Assembly: GCF_009914755.1 (NCBI RefSeq) | Contig: NC_060927.1 | DNA length: 64,000 nucleotides | Reading direction: 5' to 3' (one strand) | Origin: the human T2T-CHM13v2.0 reference genome, Homo sapiens | In this document: positions 1-10,148 of the stretch, piece by piece | How positions within the stretch are numbered: the first letter of the stretch is position 1 | Layout of the letters: every line of letters begins with the position of its first letter | Made by a program: the position numbers and the translations under genes | Notes under the pieces: generated by a model | What the model saw: only the letters and a program-made list of their open reading frames with translations | Databases searched by the model: none | What the model was told of the DNA's origin: nothing

Positions 1-277
1 CACTGTGGCTCACACCTGTAATCCCAGCACTTTGGAAGCTAAGGTGGGAAGATCACTTGAACCCAGGAGTTCCAGACCAGCCTGGGCAACATAGCAAAAC
101 CCTGTCTCTACAAAAAATACGAAAAATTAGCTGGGTGTGGTGGCACCCACGTGTAGTCTCAGCTACTCAGGAGGCTGAGGTGGGAGGATTGCTTGAGTCA
201 GGGAAGCAGAGGTTGCAGTGAGCCAAGATGGAGCCACTCCACTCCAGCCTGGGCGCCTGAGTAAGACCCTGTCTCAA
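1..277 (+). mobile_element. Alu SINE (older subfamily), cut by window start
   Basis: GTGGCTCACACCTGTAATCCCAGCACTTTGG...GAGACCCTGTCTC Alu dimer pattern. Confidence 0.9.
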
Positions 278-289
278 CAAACCAACCTG

Positions 290-1153
290 TGATGGGTCAC
301 CACTGCACAAGTAGTCAACCAAAGAACCAAGATCTTGAGAAATTTTATCTTTCACAAACGCAGGTGCACAAATAGCACACCTCTTTTACTGAGGAAGTTT
401 CAACATTTTTATGTACATGCACAAGGCTTACAAAGTCAATGTGATAATGCACTTTCATGGAATCAAATTTCTGATGTCCAAGGCAGAAAAAAAGTGTGTC
501 CCGGCTCTGAGAGAGACAGTTCACCTTCTGTATTTGTTCTCTCCAGGGCCCCAGGCAATTAGCTGATGCCTGCCAACACTGAGGGCGGATCTTCCCCACC
601 TGGTCCACTCAGATGCACACACTAACCTCCTCTGCAAACACCGTCACAGACACACCCAAAGCAATGCTTTGTCAGGTTTCTAGGTATTCCCAAAATTAAG
701 TCCATTCCTTGTCAACTTAGCACCCATTCACATCTCCTTAAACCATACTTAATTCAAATAAAGACAATAACAAGGTAATGGTTGCATCATATTAGTTACA
801 TGGTATAACTAATATGATGCACTATCCTGCATACAGCGGAAAATGCACTAATCCCTTCCCTAGAATTCATAACATGAATTCAACATTAGGATTTCAACAT
901 TCAGGATTTTAATCTTTTGAGATTGTGATTTTTGGGATTTTAGACAGTAAGGATTTTTCTCCTTGACTAGTCAAGTGTAGAAGTAAGAAGGGGGTAAAGA
1001 GTAGAACATGGAGTTTGATCTGTAACTGAACAATCAAGATAACTCACTACCTCTGGACCAGCCAAGACCTTAGGGACTTTGATCTTTTGGGATTTCAACA
1101 TTTGGGATTATGGTGCTCAGGACTGTGTCTGTCGAGATTATGATCCAAAGCCC
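290..1153. mobile_element. Ricksha-like (MULE) DNA transposon remnant carrying an MLT2/ERVL-like segment, interrupted by a Y RNA copy
   Basis: Repetitive GGGATTTT/TTCAACATT terminal block ending ...ATTATGATCCAAAGCCC at ~1153 resembles the Ricksha terminus as I recall it; MLT2-like GGGCGGATCTTCCCCACC...ACAGACACACCCA at ~582-660. Left boundary approximate. Confidence 0.55.
965..1063 (-). pseudogene. Y1 RNA (RNY1-like) retropseudogene in ACAA1 intron 11
   Basis: Reverse complement reads GGCTGGTCCAGAGGTAGTGAGTTATCTTGATTGTTCAGTTACAGATCAAACTCC...CACTTGACTAGTC, matching hY1 with small internal deletions and substitutions. Confidence 0.9.
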
Positions 1154-1232
1154 ACCTACCTCTATCCCCTGCCCTTCAGGTGCCCTAACTTGGATATCCC
1201 CCTATGACCCCACCGCCAGGAGCAAAGCCTTA

Positions 1233-1394
<162 letters not shown>

Positions 1395-1494
1395 TCATCA
1401 CCTATAGCCCTCTTACCCCTCCCCTGCACCACCTGCCCGCTCACTCCACCTCGGCTGTCCAGGGCAAAGGCAACATTGAGAAACAAGGGCTCAC

Positions 1495-1550
1495 CTGGCT
1501 TGCAAAGGCCTCATTGATCTCGAAGATGTCCACGTCACTCACTGTCAGCC
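1495..1550 (-). CDS. ACAA1: ACAA1 exon 10 (56 nt; LTVSDVDIFEINEAFASQ)
   Basis: Thiolase NEAF motif; canonical AG/GTGAG boundaries. Confidence 0.97.
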
Positions 1551-1830
1551 CTGCAGACAAGGTAAAGACCTGAGCTGACACACTGGCCCTCTGCCTCCCC
1601 TGGGGCCCACCCCATCCATGGGCCTACAGGCTGCCTGGTGTGTGTCTCTTCCAGAAGGGTGAGCCAATCCCAGCTGTGGGGTCAGGAAGGGCTTGAAGTA
1701 TGGGACACTAGCCTGCCCCACCTCCACTCTGCAGCACCCACAGGACCACCCTCATGCCCCTGGCAACAGCATGCAGGGCAGCTGCAGGATCCAGGTGGGA
1801 CCCAGATACTATATGAAGGAGCCACCTTAC

Positions 1831-2010
1831 CTGCTTTTTGCAAAGCTACTGGGATGGCATAGGCAGGTCCAATGCCCATGATGTCAGGTGGGACCCCAAC
1901 CACTGCATAAGACCTCAGGACCCCAAGGATGGGAAGGCCCAACTCTTCTGCCTTGGACCTCCGGGCCAGCAGGATGGCAGCTGCCCCATCACTCACCTGG
2001 CTAGAGTTTC
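1831..2010 (-). CDS. ACAA1: ACAA1 exon 9 (180 nt; NSSQVSDGAAA...LQKA)
   Basis: ORF 1682..2041 contains it; AG/GTAAG boundaries. Confidence 0.97.
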
Positions 2011-2178
2011 CTAGGGGCAAACTGTTGGGGTAAGAAGGCATCGGGGTGGGGATGAGGAGATCCCAGCCCTCCCACTTCTACTTTGCAGAGGGGCCTGGTC
2101 TATTCCAGGTTCCCAGAGTACAGCACCCAGCATGGCCATGGCCTGCTTTCTCATACCCCTACCCCGGACCAGTCTCAC

Positions 2179-2369
2179 CAGCTGTGGTAGAACCATCTTT
2201 CTTGAAGGCAGGCTTCAGTTTGGCCAGGCCCTCCATGGTGGTGCTGGGGCGGATACCCTCATCCTGGGTCACAGTGATGCTCCTCTTGGTGCCCTTGTCA
2301 TCATGGACCGTGGTGGTCACAGGCACAATCTCAGCTTGGAAACAGCCCTTGCTCTGGGCTCTTGCTGCC
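2179..2369 (-). CDS. ACAA1: ACAA1 exon 8 (191 nt; AARAQSKGCFQAEIVPV...KKDGSTTA)
   Basis: ORF 2159..2455 contains it; AG/GTGAG boundaries keep frame. Confidence 0.97.
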
Positions 2370-3454
2370 CTGCCAGCACCATGGACAGCCAGCTTCAGAC
2401 TCCCTTGGGGTTCCCTTCCTCCCTGCCCCCAACCCCTATCCATTTGGGTAGACACAAGCTCAGGCTGCTAAATTCAGGGACATGCTCGACTTTGGGGGAG
2501 CTCTGAGGGCATGGCTAAGGCCTTACAGGGCCTTCTTCACCATCAGCCCCAGACCTCCAGATCGTGGCCAATCCCAACCTCAAAGGGGGGAAAGGGTGTT
2601 TGGAAGTGGTGCCTCCACTTAGAGCCCTTTGTCCAAGAGGGATTAAGCCTGCTTGATTCTCTCTGCTAAACTGAGGATGGAACCCCAGAAATATCTGTGC
2701 TGGGTTCTGCTAACTTTTCTGCTCAAACTCAACAGTTCGATGTCATCTATTCCCCAGTTTCCGCCTATTTAAAGTGACATATACTAAACTACTCATGTAT
2801 TTTTGTATTTAAGCAATTTTAAAGCACAAGGTATTTAAGGGTGACCCTTGCAAATATGTGCAGCATGTAAGTGCCCAGGGACATTCAAGTGGAAGGAATC
2901 TAAGGCTTCTAACACATTTTCAAATGGTTATGTGACCCAAAGTGGCTAAGAATCACTGCCTCAGGGAAGCCCACCTGGCCCAGATACCACTCCCTGCTTT
3001 TGCTTTCCTCTCTGGACAGCCGGGACTTGCCAATCTTAGCCTGCCTGAGCCCCTGGGGTTTCTCTGATATCGTCCTCAGTTCTTGCCTCAGGATGCTGCC
3101 ACAGACCCAGCATGGTCCAGAAGCTAGGATGCCAGAGTCCCTAACATTGCTGGCCCCACACTCCAGGCTACAATGTCCAGTCCCCAAACCGCAGCCAGAA
3201 AATAACAGAGGGGGAAACTGAGGCCTAGCTAGGGCAAAGTCAGGGTGAACAGACAGTAATAGAACCTGGAAGTACTACCAACTCACAGTGGCCCTGACAC
3301 TTCCTACTTCCCACCCCCAACCTGGGTGGCACAAGGCCTGGAAAGCACTCACTGCCCAGCAGTAACCACGAAATGGTGCCACTTCAGACCACTTAGATAG
3401 ACTCAAAACCTCACTCTCCAGCCCTTTAAACATTCCTCCCCAATCAGCACTCAC

Positions 3455-3535
3455 TTCTGCTGGGAAGCCAGGGCAAAGGTATCCTGCTTCTCCCGTGAAA
3501 TGCCAAACCGCTCAGCCACATTCTCAGAGGTTATC
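3455..3535 (-). CDS. ACAA1: ACAA1 exon 7 (81 nt; ITSENVAERFGISREKQDTFALASQQK)
   Basis: ORF 3451..3666 tail; AG/GTGAG boundaries. Confidence 0.97.
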
Positions 3536-4122
3536 CTAGAACACAAACAGCAGATAGTGTGGGCATTGGTCTGACAGCCTAGAGGAAGGGACCAGGCTGT
3601 AGAGCTGTGCTTGGAACTTTGGGTTCCCAAGGCTGTAGGCAGGACAGGATGTAAGGGCCAGTCCATGCCACAGACAGTAGTGATGACTCAGGATATGGTA
3701 CAGCCTGCCCTGAAAGTGGATATAAAGGCACAGATAGGGAAGTCAGCAATGCTGGCCAGATCCTGAGAAGCTCATACACCAAAGAGACTTTCTTCAAGAG
3801 AGGGCAGCCTGCATGGGGGCAGTTGCAGAAAGGAGTTTGTTCCCTGGGTGAGCTGCCTCAGCGCAGGGTAGAAAAGGAGCAGGGGAGGGCCTGGGTGGGG
3901 GCACTAGTTGGCTACTCCTGGCCAGCTTCTCCTATGCCTCAAGGAAGACTGCTGCAATGTAGGGAGATGAGGACTCCCAAATCTCCTCTGGAAAGGCCAA
4001 ACCTAAGCTTCCTGGTCACCTTGGCTGGGGTCTATGCTTATCCTGAGAACCTAGAGCCACAGCTAGGCCTTCCAGCCTGGGCTTCTGGCTTTATAGGCTT
4101 CCCTTGGAGATACAGTATGTGA

Positions 4123-4559
<437 letters not shown>

Positions 4560-4958
4560 AAATGCCACATACTTTTCTTGTTGCACCTGACAGGGCCCAA
4601 TTCCCCTCACCAGCATGTTCTGTCGTCACAAGCTTCCCACTGCCTTCTCAACTTTCTAGGCCCCCAAGGCTTTGGAGTGGAGCTACCATTGTCCTTCCTA
4701 TGACTGAGCACCTCAGTGTGGGAGTGACAAGGTGGGCGATGTTTGGAAACTCGGGGGCACAGAGAGGACCTGGGGCCTTCAGGAAATGGAAGTCAAGGGC
4801 AACATCAAGTCTCATCCCCAAAGTCCCTGCGGAGCAGACCATGCCCAAAGGAAGGAGGCCAAGGCTTGGCACCACCAGCCACAGAGATGATAAAAGTTCC
4901 TTGGCTCCCTGCCCCAGGCAGAGAGGGCACAAGCACACAGAGCTATGGGAGCACTCAC

Positions 4959-5057
4959 CCCATAGGAATCAGGCAATCTCTGGCCTTGTCCTTCTCCATC
5001 AAGCGCGAAGTAATATTTCCAGGGTTCCCTCTGTCAGCCAGGGACATGGACTCCACC
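4959..5057 (-). CDS. ACAA1: ACAA1 exon 6 (99 nt; VESMSLADRGNPGNITSRLMEKDKARDCLIPM)
   Basis: Thiolase VESMS motif; long pyrimidine tract plus AG; GTGAG donor. Confidence 0.97.
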
Positions 5058-5462
5058 CTGGGGAGGAGGAAGAGGAGGAGAAGGTAAGGTGAACTGGGCC
5101 CTAGCAGGACTCCTCCAGAGATAGCTGAACACTTGGCAAGTGCTAGGAAATAGCCAGGGAGCCCTAGGAAGACCAGTGGGCCTCTGGGAGTCACAGGCAG
5201 GGCACTTGGCCAGCAAGGCCCAGCCACGAGTACTGAGCCCTGTCTCTATTTCGACCCCCACCCCAGGACAGAGCACTGCACAATAAACACTCCTGGGGGC
5301 AGGGCTATGCTTCCCTATACACTGCTAAATCAGCCAACTGGCAATTCCAGAGAAAAGCCTTCTGCTGTCAGCCACAGAGGAGGAAACACATCCACAAGCC
5401 AGGGCCTGCCCTCAGGGCCCACAAATTCAGAAGGGAGAAGAGACAATTTGAAAGTAACCACA

Positions 5463-5740
5463 GGCCGGCTGTGGTGGCTCACGCCTGTAATCCCAGCACT
5501 TTGGGAGGCCAAGGCGGGCAGATCATGAGGCTAACATGGTGAAACCCCGCCTCTACTAAAAATACAAAACATTAGCCGGGCATGGTGGCAGGCGCCAGGG
5601 TGGGAGGCTGAGGCAGGAGAATGGCGTAAACCCAGGAGGCGGAACTTGCAGTGAGATGAGATCGTGTCACTGCACTCCAGCCTGGGCGACAGAGCGAGAC
5701 TCTGTCTCAAAAACATAAATAAATAAAATAAAAATAAAAG
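5463..5740 (+). mobile_element. AluY-like SINE with two internal deletions
   Basis: GAATGGCGTAAACC AluY-type segment; TSD AAAGTAACCACA at 5451-5462 and 5737-5748. Confidence 0.9.
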
Positions 5741-7264
5741 TAACCACAAAGCTGAGCTCAAAGGGCATTCAGACCTGCATAGACAAGGAAGTGCTACGAG
5801 CTGAGAGGAAGGAGACGGCAGTGTAGTGTGGTCAAAAAAGGGCTTTGAGGCCATGGGGGACCCTAACACCTCAAGGGATGATAACAGATAACCTTGACTG
5901 AGTGCTTTTCACGTGCCCAGCACTATTCTGAATTCTTTTGAGATATTAGAGTGCTTCAGTGTCAGTCACATGACAGACAAATACTCCACAGTGTAAACTG
6001 TTGCTATTACTCCATTTATTCTTCTCAACTTCAACAGAGCTGAGCTAGGTATCCCCATTTTATAGATCAGGAGACTGAGGTCTAGAGAGACTGTATAACT
6101 TATCCATGGTGACCCAGCCTGGATCCACATTTAGGTAGTCTGGTCCCAGAGCCCACTTCCAACTAGAGTGCCCTGTGTTAAATACTTGCTGATCAAAGTC
6201 TATGGAGAACAGTCAGCCTGTGATGTGGGTGTCAGGCCTGGCCCAGATCTTAATATCCTAGTACCATCATCCTTAACCTGCTTGGGAATCAGATACTCTC
6301 TAAGAAACTCATAAAAGCTCCAGCCCTTCTCAAGTTATCCATGCCACCTCTCACCCAGTAAGATAGAAGAGCATGAGAGAAATCAAACGGCAGTGGCCTT
6401 TGCCCAGCCAAAGTCCTTGCAGAGTGGTCTTTGGCTTTATTTACAACTGTAGACATAGGTCATTACAACTCAGTGACAGCTGCCACAGCCCTGGGACAGG
6501 GGCCAGCAATGCGTCCTCTCAAGAAATACCCTAAAGAGGATGTGAAAGGCAGCGGAGGCATGTCAGAACCCTGGGGCTGCTCACCTCCCCCAGCCTGCCA
6601 AAGACCTTACTCCCCTGCCCTCCCAGCACCAGATGCCCACCCAAGCCTGGGCACCTGTGCCCTGACCTTCCCTGGAGGCACTGCCAAATACAACTTCTGC
6701 AGCTCCATTTGCTGCAGCCAATGATGGAGCCACAGTCTAGGTGAAGGTGACAGTGACCAAACCACCACAGATCTAATTATGTCCCTCATAGCCCATAAGC
6801 AGCTGGAAGTTTCCACACTGGTTCCAAGGTGGGGAGACAAAGGGACAGACAGCCTAGTAAAATGAACAAACTAGTTATACAGTAGGCGCTGTCCCTGGCT
6901 TTAGGGAACCCAAACTGCAACTTCTCTCTCAGCAGCATCATGAATCAACAAGGGCCCCCAAAGGAAACCCAAATGCTGGATTTTCTCAAAATGTTTTCCC
7001 ACCTTTTCCAGCCTGAAAGATTTCCAAGAAAGTAAGCTTTTAGAGGCCAATTCCCCTCCCCTGCTAGTGCTGAGAGGTGTGAGTGATTCCTGAGCAGCCA
7101 GAGTTGGTAGCCACTCTTAACCTGCATTTGTGAGAACCCACTCGTGGCCAGCTGCCTAAAGGGGATGGGGGGAATCCTGAAATCATGGCCTCTGAGAACT
7201 CAGATGAAAATTAGTTTTATTGTCACAAGTTGGTTAATAAGCTCCGGCAGAAAAAAATTCTTAC

Positions 7265-7307
7265 CCACAGGCCATGCCAATGTCATAAGACCCATTTCTG
7301 ATGCCAC
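7265..7307 (-). CDS. ACAA1: ACAA1 exon 5 (43 nt; GIRNGSYDIGMAC)
   Basis: Manual translation; AG/GTAAG boundaries keep frame. Confidence 0.95.
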
Positions 7308-7594
7308 CTGTAACAAAAGCATTTCATAAACATCCTTTGCCAGAGTCCACCTGTTCTGGAAGCAGTGGAGCCTCTTCCCCACCTGGTCTCTAGATGGGAC
7401 TCAGCCCCAGCCTCAGAAATGGAAGACCCAGGAGTGTTCAGAAAAGGCTTTGGGCAGTGGTAGGGGGCGCTCCTGCACTCTTTCTGTGGTTAGAGTCCTC
7501 AGAAATGGTAATTATTGCTTGCCCGGCAGACAGCGACTTTGCTGACCCAAACCCACAGGTCCAGGACCAAGGCACCCACCCAGTCATAACTTAC

Positions 7595-7674
7595 CTGCTA
7601 TGCTGGCCACTGCCTGTAGCCCCGACGAACACTGTCTATTGACAGTGGACAAAGGCACAGTCTCCGGGATGTCA
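7595..7674 (-). CDS. ACAA1: ACAA1 exon 4 (80 nt; DIPETVPLSTVNRQCSSGLQAVASIA; catalytic Cys123)
   Basis: Thiolase active-site NRQCSSG motif; TTTCAG acceptor, GTAAG donor. Confidence 0.97.
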
Positions 7675-9620
7675 CTGAAACAGAAGGTGAGAAAGTAGAA
7701 TCAGCCCCCAATTCCATGCCAGGCTCTCATGGAAAGCAGTCCTATGCTTCTAACTGCCCCCCTCAAGGGATGTAAAGGGCAGGGGAACAAACCCAGCAGC
7801 TCTGCTCCCATGCCAGGCCAGATCCATGGAATGGGGGTGAGCAGCTACTGGGCAGACCCCATCTCTGCAGGCACTTGCTCCCCAGGGCCCCACAAGCACA
7901 TTCCCTTCTACTCCTATGAGAATCTTCAATCAAAGACCAAGCACAGCCCAAAGGCAAGGGAAGCCTGTTTGGGCCACAGGGATCCTTCTCTCTCTCTCCC
8001 TTTGAAGATTCAGAAATGAAAACTGTGTATCTCTGTTTCCCCCAAAAAACAGAGAAAAGGAACTGCTGCTGGGACAGAGCACCAGAGCAAAAGAAATGCC
8101 TAAAGTCTGAGGCCAGGGACCACTCGGCCTTACCAGTAATCATATAGCTAACCCTGCATGTTCCCATGGACTCTTGAAAGCCTGATCCCACCTAGACGAA
8201 GCACTCTGATGGGCATCATATATTCTAACATCCATTGCTCTGGTAGGTTCCCCAAGACTCTCATACTGGTCTTAGCCCTGGAAGCTAGTAGGGCTTCCCC
8301 TCCTGATGTAACCTGCCTTGGCCAACAGTACAAAGCCCTAGGGAAATTTCCAGACCTCCTCAGACCCACAGACTCAGAATCTGAGGGAGTGGAAGCATCC
8401 TGGTGATTCTGGTGTGTAGCCAGAGTTGGGAACCTCTGAACTAGTGCCCAGGCCAGGCTCTGCAGAGACTCTCTCAGGGGGATAGCCTCCTGTGCAGCCT
8501 GTTTGACCCTTCCAGGGTCCCTTAACTCCCTAGCAGGTAGTTACCATTCCTTCACTCAATCCACCAAGTGTTCACTAAATACCTACTTACCACAAGGCAT
8601 CACCTGAGGGATGCTGCGATGCTTATAACACTGTGCCCTAGAGGATGCCCAACCAACACACAGAAAATGAATCAACTATCAGAGACTGAAATAATAGGGC
8701 AAGAGGGCAAACCACATCACAAGGAAGTATATGGCTACTGCTGGAGAGGAAGGGGCTCTCAATTTCAGCCTGAGAGCCTGGATAACTCATGCCAAAATGG
8801 TGAGACTGTGTTTAGGCAGGGTTTGTCTTTCTGTCTAGGGCAGAAAGAGGAGGTAGGGCTAGCACTTCAAGGAGACAGAATGACCATATCAGGGAAGACA
8901 GTAGGCCCACAGCCGGCTGAACGAAGAAAAGTCAAGGTGAGTAAGCAGCTAGGAGATGAGGCTGGAAGGTAAGTCTGGAGCCAGATTGTAGGGGGCCTTG
9001 AACTACAGGCTGGGCAGTCTAAACCTCTCCCAGTTCCTAGAGGGTTGTTTTCCTGTTCCTTCACTAGCTAATGTTCCTATTTATTTATTTATGCATCTAG
9101 AAGTACAAAGCCAAGCAGTTCTTAAATCTACACATGAAAATAATTTAAGCACTCTTTACCCTGCAGGCGCTTAAAGGAAAGTTGACCAGGTCTCCTCCTG
9201 AGGGTCCTCCTTCCCCATGGTTCTGCCCTATCCCAAAGTCTCTGCTAGTGGGATATGACTGGAGTTCTCAGCTCAACTAGTAAAAAGGCTGAAAGTCACT
9301 TTTCAGCATTCTTACTTGATTACTCACCTGACAAATGAGGACAGAGTCCACACTCACAAAAGGCAAATGACAACCTGGCTTTGGCTAAAAATCAAGCTAC
9401 AGAGAACTTCTGCTCCAGTCCCAAAGGTTTTGTGTATCGTGGCTCAGCACTTCAAAGTAGGGGAGAGGTTGAGTCCACAAGAGCAGGGAGCCAAGGACTC
9501 TCATTGCCTCATTCTGGTGTCCAACCTTATCCTCCCCAACCTGCACACTGAGTTTCCTGGGGCCTGGGCCCAGTAAAGTGTCAAAATGGCCAACCCATGG
9601 CTAGAACTAGAAAAGTTTAC

Positions 9621-9678
9621 CTCAGAAACTGGGCGATTCGGGCCATGATTGCCCCGGCCCCAGGCTGCAGCACATTTC
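9621..9678 (-). CDS. ACAA1: ACAA1 exon 3 (58 nt; NVLQPGAGAIMARIAQFL)
   Basis: Manual translation; AG/GTAAA boundaries keep frame. Confidence 0.96.
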
Positions 9679-10148
9679 CTGTGGACAACAAACTTTCATT
9701 CAGTGCCAGGCGGTGGTGTTCTGGGCACTAAAGTATAGCTGTGAAAACCAGAGATGAGGCATTCCAGATCTTTCTTCGGGACACTAGCCCTTGGCAGGCT
9801 CACTTGCAACTCTGGAACATCAGGGTTTGGGGCAGGGAGAGCCAGCCATACAACAGCTTGTCCTGGTCATCCACCAGCTCCTGTCCCTGAGGGTCCCACG
9901 CTCACTTGCCCATGCACCCAGCTTTTCCAAATCAGCACAGATGGGCAGGTTGTCTGCCCTTAAAAGTGAAATGGGAGTTTCTGAAAATGCACATCTCCCC
10001 AGGTATCCTCCTGTGAGCCCTGCTGTCACCCCAGAGAGGTGGAACAGTGATTGCCGACCTAGGGGTGGCATCCGCTGGATAAGACTCTTGCCATATCATA
10101 TTGCTGTATTTCAAGGTGAGGGGTGGAATAGAGGGCTGGACTGAAGAT

